A stretch of DNA of 64,000 bases from Candidatus Bipolaricaulota bacterium. GTDB lineage: Bacteria > Bipolaricaulota > Bipolaricaulia > M55B111. Positions 1 to 11,447 of the stretch are shown one piece after another. Position numbers and translations under genes: made by a program. The stretch's first letter is position 1. Each line of letters begins with the position of its first letter. The notes beneath the pieces are model-generated. The model searched no databases and was not told the origin of the DNA. It saw only the letters and a list, made by a program, of their open reading frames with translations. The stretch lies in NCBI GenBank assembly GCA_018400715.1, contig JAGYME010000002.1:21374-85373 (forward strand). The letters run 5' to 3'.

Positions 1-2
1 AG

Positions 3-1409
3 CCGGGGGTCCAGAGGTGGAAGGACCGGTTTGAATTCCTGCTCGTCGACGAGTACCAGGATACTAACCACGCGCAGTACGTTCTGGCCAGGGAACTGGC
101 CCGGCCGGAGGACAACGTCTGTGTGGTGGGAGATGACGACCAGGCGATCTTTGGGTGGCGCGGTGCCGACGTCAGCAACATCCTCGAGTTCGAGGAGGAC
201 TACCCGGATGCCGTCGTCATCAACCTGTCGAAGAACTATCGGTCGCGGAAGCCGATACTCCGCGCGGCTAATTCGCTGATAAGTAACAACAGGTTAAGAA
301 AGAGCAAGGAGATGGAGCCGTTAAGGGACGAGGGTGAATCGATAATGGTTTACCACGCCGGAGACGAGACCGACGAGGCGGATTTTCTCGTTCAGGAGAT
401 AAATCGACTTCGCCGAGATGGTGTCCGTCTCGGTGAAATTGCGATTCTTTACCGGGTAAATCCCCTATCGCGGAAGATCGAGGAACGGCTGGTCAAACAC
501 AATATACCTTACGAGATAGTTAGGGGGACGAGGTTTTACGAGCGTAAAGAAATTAAGGACGTTCTCGCTTACCTTAGGGTCATCACGAACCCGGATGACG
601 ACCTAAGTTTGTCGCGAATTTTTAATTACCCCAGACGCGGACTTGGCGCCAAGACCGAGGAGAGGGTCCAGGCATGTGCCGACGCCCAGGGCGTCTCTAC
701 CTGGGAGGTATTGACCGATTTAGAGAAATGCCCTGACTTAACCTCCAGGCAGGAAAACCAGCTGGAGGAATTCGTCGATTTGATCCGGGGTTACATTGAA
801 AAGACCCAGGGGGACTACGACCCCGTGCAACTGGTCCGTGACATGATTTTTGACCTCGAATACTTCGAGCAACTGGAGAACGACTACGACGTCTCATCCG
901 CCGAGGACAGGAAGAACAACGTGCGGGAGCTAATCGGACAGATCCAGGAAGCCGACCTGGAGAAAGGCTCCCTTCGGGAGTTCCTCGAGGACGTCGCCCT
1001 GGAATCGGACGTCGACGAGTTCGAGGACAAGGGAGATAGGGTATCGCTTCTTACCCTCCACTCTGCCAAGGGTCTGGAGTTCAAGTACGTATTTATAGTT
1101 GCGTTTGAGGACGGGATCCTACCCCACCGCAGGTCGGTGGAAGAAAGTAGGATAGAGGAGGAGAGAAGGCTCTGTTACGTGGGGTTAACTCGGGCCAAGG
1201 AAAGGGTCTTCCTCAGCTACACGGACAACAGGTTCTTATACGGACAGCGGTTCGGCAACCTCGTTTCGAGGTTTCTGAAGGAGATACCCGACGAGGAACT
1301 CAACAGCCGGTCCGGAGGGGGTAGGGATTACTCCTCGTTGAGGTCACGGTCTTCATCTTCCAAAAAGGTTAGTACCGGGAAGAAGAACTGGAAGGATTTT
1401 CTTGCGTGA
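3..1409 (+). CDS. UvrD/PcrA/Rep-family superfamily-1 DNA helicase, C-terminal ~470 aa (5' end outside window)
   Basis: Frame 3 is open from nt 3. Translation gives FLLVDEYQDTNHAQY (motif II), VVGDDDQAIFGWRGA (motif III), LLTLHSAKGLEFKYVFI and RRLCYVGLTRAKERVFLSY (motifs V/VI). The ORF-track start at 123 is internal. Confidence 0.9.
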   Translation, partial: PGVQRWKDRFEFLLVDEYQDTNHAQYVLARELARPEDNVCVVGDDDQAIFGWRGADVSNILEFEEDYPDAVVINLSKNYRSRKPILRAANSLISNNRLRKSKEMEPLRDEGESIMVYHAGDETDEADFLVQEINRLRRDGVRLGEIAILYRVNPLSRKIEERLVKHNIPYEIVRGTRFYERKEIKDVLAYLRVITNPDDDLSLSRIFNYPRRGLGAKTEERVQACADAQGVSTWEVLTDLEKCPDLTSRQENQLEEFVDLIRGYIEKTQGDYDPVQLVRDMIFDLEYFEQLENDYDVSSAEDRKNNVRELIGQIQEADLEKGSLREFLEDVALESDVDEFEDKGDRVSLLTLHSAKGLEFKYVFIVAFEDGILPHRRSVEESRIEEERRLCYVGLTRAKERVFLSYTDNRFLYGQRFGNLVSRFLKEIPDEELNSRSGGGRDYSSLRSRSSSSKKVSTGKKNWKDFLA

Positions 1410-1625
1410 GTGGGTGAGCAGTTGAAATTCGCTGGTCCTTTATTATAATTGTTGGACGATTTATTATTGGGGTAGTGTTAGCTGATGTTATTCTTTTCCA
1501 ACAAGAGCCAACCATAAATTGGTATACCAATGAAAATAAATTGCAACCTACTATAATTCAAGTTGATGAGAAGGGAAATCTAGCCATTAGAAACGTGTAG
1601 ACCAGTAGATGACGAGGAGGTTAGG

Positions 1626-1916
1626 ATGCCATTATACAAATATCGTTGCAACGAATGTGATAACGTATTTAAAGTTTTACGTATGAACGGGGAGGAGGAA
1701 GACCCCGAGTGCCCAAAGTGTGGGAGTAAGTCCGTGGAGAGGATGGTGTCCAGTGTAGGAATCAGGTTCAAGGGTAAAGGTTTCTACCGCACCGACTACA
1801 AGAGCAACAGCAGTTATAAGGGAAACGGTGGCAATGGAGGGAACGGTAGCGGGGAGACTTCAAAATCTAACGGTGGGGAGAGCAAGAGCGATAAGGTAGA
1901 ATCAAAAGGTGAATGA
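1626..1916 (+). CDS. FmdB-family zinc-ribbon protein with G/N/S-rich tail
   Basis: MPLYKYRCNECDNVF...CPKCGS is the typical FmdB/CxxC-X-CPxCG zinc ribbon. An AGGAGG Shine-Dalgarno (SD) lies upstream of the ATG. Confidence 0.75.
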   Translation: MPLYKYRCNECDNVFKVLRMNGEEEDPECPKCGSKSVERMVSSVGIRFKGKGFYRTDYKSNSSYKGNGGNGGNGSGETSKSNGGESKSDKVESKGE

Positions 1917-2369
1917 CACCGGTCATTGGGCCTTCGTTAACGAGTGTTCGTGAGGAATTCATTAATCAATTCTTTCAGTGGTTGTCACCCCTGTGCCCGT
2001 GTCATCGTGAAACGTTAGCGGAGAAGTTTTACGTATAGACTTGTTGGCCAGGTCGGGTATTTTAACCGAGGGTAGATGAACTCACTAAGTCCTTGTCTTG
2101 TTCAGGGGTTAACTATAGAACTATTAATTCCTAACCACGGGTGCCGGGAAAGTTTTTTGTTACAGAGTTCGGTCTTGTGATTTTCAAGAACGCGAAAACC
2201 TTTTTACACTCCTCAGGACTGCCGGTGTCTCTCTCCAGCGGTAAACGCATATGATCCCGCGTAGATTCCCGTCCTGTTGAGGTCAAGTCTGTTCCGGAAA
2301 GTGACTAGGAGGGTTAAAGAGTGAAAGTTATCCACCTAATTAGCTATCTATGTTTTGAGGTGATCACGG

Positions 2370-5300
2370 ATGTTGTCTAGCGACAATAGCATGCTGAGCG
2401 GCGACGATATAGAAGAAGTAAAATTATTGTTTGCTTCCCCCGAGGAGATAAGAGGGTGGTCTCATGGCGAGGTTACCGAGTCGGAGACGATTAATTATCG
2501 TACACACAAGCCCGAAAAGGGAGGTCTCTATGCCGAGGAGATTTTCGGCCCCGAGGAGGATTATAAGTGCGCCTGTGGAAAGTACGAAGGGAAGAAGTAC
2601 GAGGGGATTACCTGCGAAAAGTGTGGCGTGCTGGTGACGGATTCTTCCGTCAGGCGGAAGAACATGGGGCATATCGAGTTGGCGAGTCCCGTAATACATT
2701 TCTGGTTTCTAAAGGGCATCTCCAGCCCGCTGAGTAAGCTCCTTGACGTCAAGAAGAAGACGCTGAGAAAGATCGCTTATTACGAGGCGGAGACGACGCT
2801 CGAGGATATCTACATAGTGACCTCTGCGGAGGACGATTCCGTCAGGGAAAACGAGATGCTCTACAGTTCGGAACTCGACATCCTTGAGCCCGTTATCGAT
2901 TTCGAGACCGAGGACGGAATAATTATCAACGACGCTCCACCCGTTGAAGCGGAGGAAGCGGGGGTCGTATCGATCGAACATAAGAAACTTCAGAACGGCG
3001 AAGGCGTAAAGCTCCTCTCCGTGGGTGACGTGGAATATCCCGTCGCCGAGGACGTCGTTCTCGAGGTCACGGAGGGTGACGAGATAGACGAAGGTGACCT
3101 TATCGCCGAGTCGCCGGTGGGCGAGATCTGCACGGAGACCTTCTACGAGATGCTCTCTTCTCGGTACGAGGAAGTCGAAGGTGAGGTCGCCCAGGAAGAG
3201 GTCGACAACTTGGCTTTTCTGGTTACCAAAGTTAACGACGATGACGTTCCTCTCGAGGTCGGACAAAAGATCGCCCAGCTCGAGAAGGAAGCTTACGAAC
3301 GCCTTTACCCGACGGGTTTCTCTGCCTACACTGGGGCCCAGGGAATCAAGGGTCTACTGGAAAACATCGACCTGGACCAGCTGAGCAACAAGCTGAATAG
3401 TCAGCTGGACCGGGAGACGTCAATTACGGCCAGGAACAAGTTGTCCAAGCGCCTCAGCGTGGTTGAAAAACTCAAGGACTCAGGCAATAAACCGAGTTAC
3501 ATCGCGCTTGAAGCCATTCCAGTGCTGCCACCGGACCTCCGGCCCATAGTGCACCTGGAAGGGGGAAAGTTCGCAACTACCGACCTCAACGACCTGTATC
3601 GCCGTATAATAAACAGGAACAACAGGTTGAAGAGACTGGAGGACATGGGCGCTCCCGAGGTAATCCTCCGGAACGAGAGGAGGATGTTACAGGAGTCCGT
3701 TGATGCCCTCATCCATAACGAGAAGAAGAATACACCCATCAGGGGAAAGGACGACAGGCCGCTCAAGTCGTTATCCGATAGGATATCTGGTAAACACGGA
3801 CGGTTACGGCGCAACCTGCTGGGGAGGCGTGTTGACTACTCCGGACGGGCAGTCATAGTCGTGGACCCCAAGTTGAAGGTCTGGGAATGTGGCGTCCCCA
3901 AGAAGATGGCCCTGGAACTATTCAAGCCCTTCGTAACCCGCTACCTGGATGACACCACTTACTCTGATTACAACGAGATAAAGAACAAGGCGCTGGCAGG
4001 GGAACTACCCGACGTGCTCGATTACCTCGAGGAACTGCTAGAGGAAAGGCCGGTGCTGCTAAACCGCGCCCCCACCCTGCACAGGCTGGGAATAGAAGCC
4101 TTCGAGCCGAAGTTGGTCGATGGAAACGCCATTCACATCCACCCTCAAGTCTGCCCGCCTTACAACGCCGACTTTGACGGTGACCAGATGGCGATCCACC
4201 TCCCGCTTACCCGGGAGGCAGTACAGGAGTCGCGGGAGTTGATGCTATCTTCCCGTAACCTCCTCTCCCCGGCGGACGGTGGACCGCTGACGAAGCCGAC
4301 CCAGGACCAGATTTACGCCTTCTATTACCTCACCCAGGTCGATGAAGACGGCAAGGGCAAGGGAAAGTACTTCCGGAGCATCAGGGAGGCAGAGCGGGCT
4401 CACGAAAACGACGTCATCTCGCTCCATGCGCCCGTTAAGATCAGGATAGATGGAGAGGTAGTTGATACCACCCTTGGCAGGGCAAAGTTCAACGCCCTGT
4501 TCCCCGCGGACTTACGTGATTATGACAAGCAGTTTGAATCTTCAGACGTGTCGGAGATACTGATGGACGTCTTCGAGGAGTACGACAACGACAGGGTCGT
4601 CGAACTGCTCGACGAACTCAAGGAGCTTGGTTTTTCAGAGGCGACCGAATCCGCGCTGACTATCTCCACTAAAGATTGCCTGACCCCTGCTGAGAAATCG
4701 CACATCCTGGACCAGGCAAACCAGAGGGTTAGGAACATTACGGAGATGTTCGAGCAGGGACTGGCCTCGGAAGAAGAGAGGTCGTCATCGGTGGTGGATA
4801 TCTGGCACGAGACCGTAGACGAGATCGAGAACGCCACCATGAAGAACTTCTCGGACAACAAATTCAACCCCCTGCAGATGATGGTAGGGTCCGGAGCTAG
4901 AGGAAGCGCTGACCAGGTCAAACAGCTGGCCGGGATGAGGGGACTGATGGCCGATCCGTCAGGTGACGTCATCGAGATGCCAGTCAGGTCTAACTTTAGG
5001 GAAGGCCTGGACATGATGGAGTACTTCATATCCACCCACGGTGGTAGAAAAGGTACCGCGGATACCGCGTTGAAGACGGCGGACTCCGGCTATCTGACCC
5101 GGCGGCTGGTTGAAGCCGTGTCAAACATCGTCGTCCGCGAGGAGGACTGTGGGACGAACCGCGGGATAGAGATTGCCCCGTTGAGGTACGAGGGCGGCGA
5201 GATGATGGAAAGCATCGAGACTAGAATATATGGAAAGACTCTCGCCGAGCCGGTGATCGACCCCGAGGACGATAGAGTAATGGCCGAGAGGGGTGAACTC

Positions 5301-7349
5301 ATCGGCGATGACCTTGCCCGAGAGATCGGCGAGAAGAGCGTGGAGGTAGAGTCGGAAAGCTCTGACTTCCTGGACAAGGTAATTGGCACCTGTAGCGTCG
5401 ATGACGTGAGTGACCCCGAATCCGGCCGGGTAATCGTCCGGGCGGACGAAGTTATCGACCCACCCGAAGCGGAAGCATTGCAGGAGAGCGGAGTAGAAAA
5501 GATCGTCATCAGGCCAAGGATCGTCGTCAGATCCCCGCTAACCTGTGAGACGGAGAAGGGTGTATGCCAGGCCTGTTACGGGATGGATATGTCCACGCAC
5601 AAACGGATAAAGAAGGGCGTAGCGGCAGGAATAATCGCGGCGCAGTCGATTGGTGAGCCCGGGACACAGCTTACGATGAGGACCTTCCACTCCGGTGGTG
5701 TGGCCGGGGAAGATATTACCCAGGGTCTGCCCCGGGCGGAAGAGCTGTTTGAGGCGAGGAAGACTACGAAGAGCGCCCAGGCGACGATTACCGACATCGA
5801 GGGCCACGTAGTCGATATCACCGATACGGAACAGGGAAAAAGGGTAGAGATAGAGGGTGACGAACAGGAACTGACCGTGCCCGAGCCTCTATGTTTGGTC
5901 GGACCGGGCGACGAGTTGCCTCTGGGTGACGTAGTGGACAACACTAGTCCACACGCCGGGACGATCAGGATAGTTGAGGAGGAACATCAACAGGTTATGT
6001 ATCTGTTGATGAGCAGGTCAGACCGTTATTACGAGTTGCCGGAGGGAGTCGAACCAGTTGTCGAATCCGGTGACGCCGTGGCGAAGGGCGACAAACTCAC
6101 AGAGAGGTTTAAGTTGGAACAGGTACCCGCCAAGGAATCGGGGTCCGTGGACTGCGTCGATGAGGATGCCCGGTTGATTACTCTGGTAGACGAGGACGGC
6201 AAGTTCGTTGACCATCTGTTTCCGCCCATGGCTAAACCTCTGGTGGAAGAAGGTGAAGGCGTGGAAGAAGGTGAAGGCCTGATTGACGTGAAGGACCCGA
6301 TTCAGCTGAAGGCTGATAAGTCCGGGATCGTGGTCAGGGCACCTGAAAGGTTGATCCTATTTAACCCCGAGGAGGGTCTGAAGCGGATACCGTTGACGGA
6401 GTCAATGGTCCCCGCGGTCGTCGACGGAGAGGAGGTAAAGAAGGGCAAGACCCTGTTCAATCTCGATAGACCAGTAGATAGGGACCTGACCGTAGAGGAG
6501 GTCGAACCCGCTGGTGACGACTTGGTCAGGGTCCTTTACAGGTTCAAGGAACAGGTTACCCTTAAACACTCACCGATAGTTGGCCTGGGTGACAAGGTGA
6601 CCCCGGGACAGCAGTTATCCAAGGGAGTCATCCCGCCGCATAACCTGCTGGACAAGGCCGGTGTAGAGCGGACGTTTGATTATCTACTTACGGAAATTCA
6701 GAAGGTCTACAAGAGCCAGGGAGTCGACATTAACGATACTCATATCGAGACAATTGTCGCACAGATGTTAAACAACGTGATCGTGAGCAACCGTGGCGAC
6801 TCCGACTTGACGCAGAACGAACTGATTACGCTGGAAGAATTCCGCAACGTCGTCAAGGGCTTGAGAGAGAAGAACGAAGAGATAAGGGAAGAGCGAAAGA
6901 GGATAATCGGTAACGAAGTGGCTGACGACGTCTACAAGAGGGATCACCTCATAGCGCGAGAAGGGGAAACTATCACGGAAAGCCTGCTCGAACTGGCGCG
7001 GAGGACAGGAGTAAAGTCTCTTCCGATCATCGAGGACGGAGAACTCGTCGAAGTGAGGATATTGGATTACGTCCTGCCAGAAGGTGACCGGCAGTTACTC
7101 CGCATATCCAAGTCGGCCCTCAAGACCAAGGGCTGGTTGTCCGCGGCTTCGTTCCAAAGGACGACTTCGTCGCTGACAAACGCGGCATTGAGCGGACAGT
7201 CGGATAAGCTGCGCGGCCTGAAGCCTAATATAATAGTTGGAAAAAAGATAGCTGTTGGTAAGGGATTTGAAGATAGTCAGGAGAACGAGGAAGAAGACGG
7301 AGCCGAAGAAGCCGATTCAGAGCGAGACCCCTTGAATTCAACAGCTTGA
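2370..7349 (+). CDS. rpoC: DNA-directed RNA polymerase subunit beta-prime, 1659 aa with large lineage-specific insertions
   Basis: N-terminal Zn site CACGKY...[18 protein letters not shown], the catalytic [10 protein letters not shown] motif, trigger-loop [19 protein letters not shown]...[17 protein letters not shown], and C-terminal [11 protein letters not shown]. Confidence 0.97.
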   Translation: MLSSDNSMLSGDDIEEVKLLFASPEEIRGWSHGEVTESETINYRTHKPEKGGLYAEEIFGPEEDYKCACGKYEGKKYEGITCEKCGVLVTDSSVRRKNMGHIELASPVIHFWFLKGISSPLSKLLDVKKKTLRKIAYYEAETTLEDIYIVTSAEDDSVRENEMLYSSELDILEPVIDFETEDGIIINDAPPVEAEEAGVVSIEHKKLQNGEGVKLLSVGDVEYPVAEDVVLEVTEGDEIDEGDLIAESPVGEICTETFYEMLSSRYEEVEGEVAQEEVDNLAFLVTKVNDDDVPLEVGQKIAQLEKEAYERLYPTGFSAYTGAQGIKGLLENIDLDQLSNKLNSQLDRETSITARNKLSKRLSVVEKLKDSGNKPSYIALEAIPVLPPDLRPIVHLEGGKFATTDLNDLYRRIINRNNRLKRLEDMGAPEVILRNERRMLQESVDALIHNEKKNTPIRGKDDRPLKSLSDRISGKHGRLRRNLLGRRVDYSGRAVIVVDPKLKVWECGVPKKMALELFKPFVTRYLDDTTYSDYNEIKNKALAGELPDVLDYLEELLEERPVLLNRAPTLHRLGIEAFEPKLVDGNAIHIHPQVCPPYNADFDGDQMAIHLPLTREAVQESRELMLSSRNLLSPADGGPLTKPTQDQIYAFYYLTQVDEDGKGKGKYFRSIREAERAHENDVISLHAPVKIRIDGEVVDTTLGRAKFNALFPADLRDYDKQFESSDVSEILMDVFEEYDNDRVVELLDELKELGFSEATESALTISTKDCLTPAEKSHILDQANQRVRNITEMFEQGLASEEERSSSVVDIWHETVDEIENATMKNFSDNKFNPLQMMVGSGARGSADQVKQLAGMRGLMADPSGDVIEMPVRSNFREGLDMMEYFISTHGGRKGTADTALKTADSGYLTRRLVEAVSNIVVREEDCGTNRGIEIAPLRYEGGEMMESIETRIYGKTLAEPVIDPEDDRVMAERGELIGDDLAREIGEKSVEVESESSDFLDKVIGTCSVDDVSDPESGRVIVRADEVIDPPEAEALQESGVEKIVIRPRIVVRSPLTCETEKGVCQACYGMDMSTHKRIKKGVAAGIIAAQSIGEPGTQLTMRTFHSGGVAGEDITQGLPRAEELFEARKTTKSAQATITDIEGHVVDITDTEQGKRVEIEGDEQELTVPEPLCLVGPGDELPLGDVVDNTSPHAGTIRIVEEEHQQVMYLLMSRSDRYYELPEGVEPVVESGDAVAKGDKLTERFKLEQVPAKESGSVDCVDEDARLITLVDEDGKFVDHLFPPMAKPLVEEGEGVEEGEGLIDVKDPIQLKADKSGIVVRAPERLILFNPEEGLKRIPLTESMVPAVVDGEEVKKGKTLFNLDRPVDRDLTVEEVEPAGDDLVRVLYRFKEQVTLKHSPIVGLGDKVTPGQQLSKGVIPPHNLLDKAGVERTFDYLLTEIQKVYKSQGVDINDTHIETIVAQMLNNVIVSNRGDSDLTQNELITLEEFRNVVKGLREKNEEIREERKRIIGNEVADDVYKRDHLIAREGETITESLLELARRTGVKSLPIIEDGELVEVRILDYVLPEGDRQLLRISKSALKTKGWLSAASFQRTTSSLTNAALSGQSDKLRGLKPNIIVGKKIAVGKGFEDSQENEEEDGAEEADSERDPLNSTA

Positions 7350-7374
7350 CAATAAAAAGGGGCTTGCTTATAAT
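7346..7374 (+). promoter_or_regulatory. Consensus sigma-70 promoter for the rpsL operon (TTGACA-17-TATAAT)
   Basis: TTGACA at 7346-7351, exactly 17 nt of spacer, TATAAT at 7369-7374. It overlaps the rpoC stop codon (7347-7349), 34 nt upstream of the rpsL ATG. Confidence 0.5.
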
Positions 7375-7407
7375 TCAAAGCACTTATAGGAGTGGTGAAA
7401 AAGAAAC

Positions 7408-7779
7408 ATGCCGACGATTAATCAGTTAGTTAGAAAAGGAAGGACATCAAAGAAGAAGAAAACCAGCTCGAGAGCGCTGGAAGGTTGCCCTCAGAAAAGG
7501 GGAGTGGTGACCAGGGTATATACTAGGACGCCGAAAAAGCCGAACTCTGCCCTGCGGAAGGTTGCTCGTGTGAGATTGAGCAATGGCAAGGAAGTAACCG
7601 CGTACATACCTGGAGAGGGGCACGAACTACAGGAGCACGCGGTAGTTCTCGTGCGCGGAGGTAGGGTCAAGGATCTACCAGGCGTAAGATACCACATCGT
7701 CCGTGGTGCATACGACGTATCAGGTGTTGAAGGACGTAAGCAGGGACGCTCGAAGTACGGGACGAAGAAACCTAGCTGA
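7408..7779 (+). CDS. rpsL: 30S ribosomal protein S12
   Basis: [12 protein letters not shown]..., [41 protein letters not shown]. Confidence 0.98.
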   Translation: MPTINQLVRKGRTSKKKKTSSRALEGCPQKRGVVTRVYTRTPKKPNSALRKVARVRLSNGKEVTAYIPGEGHELQEHAVVLVRGGRVKDLPGVRYHIVRGAYDVSGVEGRKQGRSKYGTKKPS

Positions 7780-7794
7780 GGGGGTTAATACGAA

Positions 7795-8253
7795 ATGGCA
7801 TTACCTGGCCGAGACGTAGAACAGGATATAAAATACGGAAGTAAGCTAGTTGGGAAGTTCGTGAACTATATAATGCAGGACGGGAAGAAGAATAATGCGC
7901 TCAAGCTCGTCTACAACGCGTTTTCTTTGATCGAAGAGAGGGAAGGAGATCCGGGAATCAAGGTTTTTCGGGACGCGGTCGACAACATATCTCCAAGATT
8001 GGAAACGCGCAGTAGAAGGGTAGGAGGGGCTAATTACCAGGTACCTTACGAGGTCCCACCTGATAGACAAGTAGCCCTTGCCTTTCGATGGTTGGTAAGT
8101 GCGGCTAGAAATCGTAACGAGCCTCACATGGAAGAGCGGATTGCAAACGAAGTTATTTTAGCCAGCAGCAAGGAAGGGGAAGCTTACGACAAGAAGCTGG
8201 AGTCCCACCGCCGCGCAGAGGCAAACAAGGCCTTTGCCCATTATCGCTGGTAG
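7795..8253 (+). CDS. rpsG: 30S ribosomal protein S7
   Basis: KFVNYIMQDGKKNNALKLVY, RRVGGANYQVPYEV, the ANKAFAHYRW C-terminus, and position after rpsL. Confidence 0.97.
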   Translation: MALPGRDVEQDIKYGSKLVGKFVNYIMQDGKKNNALKLVYNAFSLIEEREGDPGIKVFRDAVDNISPRLETRSRRVGGANYQVPYEVPPDRQVALAFRWLVSAARNRNEPHMEERIANEVILASSKEGEAYDKKLESHRRAEANKAFAHYRW

Positions 8254-8338
8254 ATTCCCGACGCTATAATTCTGGTTCATTTTCAATTAGCAATTAATCT
8301 GTCGATAAATATAGACCTAAAGGTAGCAGTGGTATGTT

Positions 8339-10471
8339 ATGACTATGACTAAGAAAAAATCTCGCGACATCCTGGACGAGAGCCTCCGAGACGAGGACCT
8401 CGAAAGCATGCGCAATATCGGTATTATGGCGCATATCGATGCTGGCAAGACGACTGCCACGGAGAGGATGCTCTATTATACCGGTCGCACGTACAAACTG
8501 GGAGAGGTCCACGACGGGGACGCCGAGATGGACTGGATGGACCAGGAGAAGGAAAGAGGAATAACGATTACCTCTGCTGCGACTACCTGTTTCTGGCAGG
8601 ACCATCAAGTCAACATCATCGATACCCCGGGACACGTAGACTTCACCGCGGAGGTGGAGCGCTCTCTACGCGTTCTGGACGGCGCAGTGGCGCTGTTTTC
8701 CGGGGTGGAGATGGTCGAGTCGCAATCGGAAAAGGTCTGGCGCCAGGCCGACCGTTATAATATTCCGCGGATCGCGTTTGTCAACAAACTCGATCGGACG
8801 GAATCCCGCTACGACGAGACGATCGAAATGATCGAAGAGCGGCTGGGAGTAACAACCCTGCCGCTTCAATTAGTTTATAGGAAAGAGGCGACGGACGAGT
8901 TGATCGGTATGATCGACCTGCTCGACATGAGCCTGTTGAAATGGGACGAGGAAACCAAAGGTGCGGAGTATCATCGTGAGCCCCTTCCGGAAGAGATGGA
9001 AACGGAGGCTCACGAGCGTCGGGAGGAGCTAATAGAGAAGGTAGCAGACTACGACGATGAGGTCATGATGAGGTATCTCGAAGAAGAAGAGGTGCCCGTG
9101 AAGCTCATCAGGCGGGCCGTCAGGTCCGCCACGATCAGCGGGGCCTGTGTCCCCGTGCTGGGTGGATCGGCCCTCAAGAACGTCGGCGTCCAGCCCATTC
9201 TGGATGCCGTCGTCGACTACCTCCCCTCCCCAAACGACGTCCCACCTGTTGAAGGTTACCCCGTAGACGAAGAAGATTCAGAAAAGAAGTTGACCCGTCT
9301 CCCCTCGACCGAAGAGCCATTCTCGAGCCTGGCGTTCAAGGTAGCAACGGACCAGTATACTGGGACCCTGCTCTACCTGAGGATATACTCGGGAACGCTG
9401 CACGAGGGGGATAACGTTTATAACCCCAATTCCGGCAAACGAGAGCGTGTCTCTAGGATGTTCCATATGCACGCCAACAGGCGAGAGAGGATAGAAGAGG
9501 CAAAGGCAGGAGACATCGTCGCCGTGGTGGGGCCGGACCACACGTCAACTGGTGAAACTCTCTGTAGTTCTGAGGAACCGATCGTTCTGAGGAGGATTGA
9601 CTTCCCGGATCCCGTCATTTCCGTCGCGATCGAACCGCGGCGCGAGTCGGATGAGAACAGGTTGACCGAGGCAATTCACAAGCTGGCCAAGGAAGACCCG
9701 ACGTTTACGGTCGAGAGCGATCCGGACTCCCATCAGACGATCATTTCCGGTATGGGTGAGCTCCACCTGGAGATACTTACCCGTAGGTTGAAAGAGGAGT
9801 TCAGCGTTGACGCCTCCGTTGGTAAGCCGAACGTGACCTACAAGGAGACCATCCAGTCACCCTCAGATATAGATGAGGAATTTGCCAAACAAACAGGTGG
9901 TAGGGGGCAGTACGCGCGCGTCAAGATTCAGTACGAACCGCTCAAGCGGGGCACGGGCTTCGAGTTTGAAAGCACCGTTAGAGAGGGTAACGTGCCCAAG
10001 GAGTACATCAAGTCCATCGAACAGGGTATCGAGGAGTCCCTGGGAAGTGGCAGGCTTGCTGGATACAACGTGACCGACCTGAAAGCAACGCTATACGACG
10101 GCTCACACCACCCGGTTGATTCATCTGATATGGCCTTTAAGGCCGCGGCTTCCAGGGCAACCTCAAGGGCCCTACGTGGGAATTCCGAGTTGCTGGAACC
10201 GATTATGGAAGGGGAGGTATTCGCGCCGGTCGATCACGTGGGCGACGTAATGGAAGATATTTCCAAGCGCCGGGGCAAGGTATCCGGGATTTCCAGCAGA
10301 GACGGAGTGCAACTGGTTGAATTTGCATTGCCTCTGGCGGAATCTTTTGGTTATGCAACCAGGCTTAGATCGATAACTAGGGGCAGGGGAACGTATTCGT
10401 TGAGTTTTTCTCATTACCAGACCGTGCCGGAGAAGATAAAAGAAGAAATTTTACACAATCGAGGTTATTAA
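8339..10471 (+). CDS. fusA: Elongation factor G
   Basis: G-domain motifs [17 protein letters not shown] and NKLDR, full EF-G domain series, and str-operon position. Confidence 0.97.
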   Translation: MTMTKKKSRDILDESLRDEDLESMRNIGIMAHIDAGKTTATERMLYYTGRTYKLGEVHDGDAEMDWMDQEKERGITITSAATTCFWQDHQVNIIDTPGHVDFTAEVERSLRVLDGAVALFSGVEMVESQSEKVWRQADRYNIPRIAFVNKLDRTESRYDETIEMIEERLGVTTLPLQLVYRKEATDELIGMIDLLDMSLLKWDEETKGAEYHREPLPEEMETEAHERREELIEKVADYDDEVMMRYLEEEEVPVKLIRRAVRSATISGACVPVLGGSALKNVGVQPILDAVVDYLPSPNDVPPVEGYPVDEEDSEKKLTRLPSTEEPFSSLAFKVATDQYTGTLLYLRIYSGTLHEGDNVYNPNSGKRERVSRMFHMHANRRERIEEAKAGDIVAVVGPDHTSTGETLCSSEEPIVLRRIDFPDPVISVAIEPRRESDENRLTEAIHKLAKEDPTFTVESDPDSHQTIISGMGELHLEILTRRLKEEFSVDASVGKPNVTYKETIQSPSDIDEEFAKQTGGRGQYARVKIQYEPLKRGTGFEFESTVREGNVPKEYIKSIEQGIEESLGSGRLAGYNVTDLKATLYDGSHHPVDSSDMAFKAAASRATSRALRGNSELLEPIMEGEVFAPVDHVGDVMEDISKRRGKVSGISSRDGVQLVEFALPLAESFGYATRLRSITRGRGTYSLSFSHYQTVPEKIKEEILHNRGY

Positions 10472-10473
10472 AC

Positions 10474-10782
10474 ATGGCGAGAGAAAAAATAAGAATCAAG
10501 CTGAAAGGGTACGATCACGAACTGGTTGATAGGTCAGTCGATAAGATCGTGACTACAGCCGAGGAGACGAGAGCAAAGATCTCTGGTCCAGTGCCGCTTC
10601 CAACTGAACGGAAACTTTATACCGTCCTCAGGTCTCCACACGTCAACAAGACGGCGATGGAGCACTTCGAGAGGAGGATTCACAATCGACTGATAGATAT
10701 CCACGAACCCACTTCGGAGACGATCAACGCGTTGATGGATATCGAACTACCGACCGGAATAGATGTAGAGATCAAGCTTTGA
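10474..10782 (+). CDS. rpsJ: 30S ribosomal protein S10
   Basis: [16 protein letters not shown]..., [15 protein letters not shown]. It starts 2 nt after the fusA stop. Confidence 0.97.
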   Translation: MAREKIRIKLKGYDHELVDRSVDKIVTTAEETRAKISGPVPLPTERKLYTVLRSPHVNKTAMEHFERRIHNRLIDIHEPTSETINALMDIELPTGIDVEIKL

Positions 10783-10823
10783 TAACTAGCCGAAGAGACG
10801 CATAAATATGGAGGTTTAGGAAG

Positions 10824-11447
10824 ATGTTAGCAACGTTAGGGGAAAAAGTAGGGATGACGCAGTTCTTCCTGGATTCAGGGGAAGCTGTAGGTGCAACGGT
10901 AATTAAGTCTGAGCCGTCGGTTATTGTCCAGGTGAAGACTGAAGACCGTGATGGCTATAACGGCGTACAGCTAGGTTACAAGGACACCGAGCGTCACAAG
11001 TTGACTAAACCTATGAAGGGACACTTCGATAAGTACAACGCGCCGCCGAAGAAGTTTCTGGTTGAGTATCAGGTCGACGACTCCGAGGAGTACTCCTCGG
11101 GCCAGGAGGTCGGCGTGGGCCAGTTTGGAGCTGGAGACAGGGTTGACGTGACCGGCAACACCAAAGGAAAGGGTTTTCAGGGAGTAGTAAAACGCTGGGG
11201 TTTTTCGGGAGGTCCGGATACCCACGGTTCACGGTTTCACAGAGCCCCTGGGTCCGTCGGTATGTGCGTTGAACCCGGTCGTGTCCTGAAAGGAAAGAAG
11301 TTACCCGGGAGGACTGGGGACACCAGGGTCACCGTACAAAACCTGGAGGTACTCCGCGTAGATGAGGAAGAGGACCTGCTGGTAGTTAAGGGTTCCGTAC
11401 CCGGCCCCCGCGGCAATATATTGCAGATCAGGAGTAGAGATGATTGA
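10824..11447 (+). CDS. rplC: 50S ribosomal protein L3
   Basis: GEKVGMTQFF, KGKGFQGVVKRWGFSGGPDTHGS. Confidence 0.97.
   Translation: MLATLGEKVGMTQFFLDSGEAVGATVIKSEPSVIVQVKTEDRDGYNGVQLGYKDTERHKLTKPMKGHFDKYNAPPKKFLVEYQVDDSEEYSSGQEVGVGQFGAGDRVDVTGNTKGKGFQGVVKRWGFSGGPDTHGSRFHRAPGSVGMCVEPGRVLKGKKLPGRTGDTRVTVQNLEVLRVDEEEDLLVVKGSVPGPRGNILQIRSRDD

Noticed and set aside
1418-1600. An open frame encoding a hydrophobic peptide (…IIIVGRFIIGVVLADVILF…) between the helicase and the zinc-ribbon gene.
   Set aside because: There is no ATG, GTG or TTG start with an SD in the frame, and no recognisable family. It cannot be supported as a gene.
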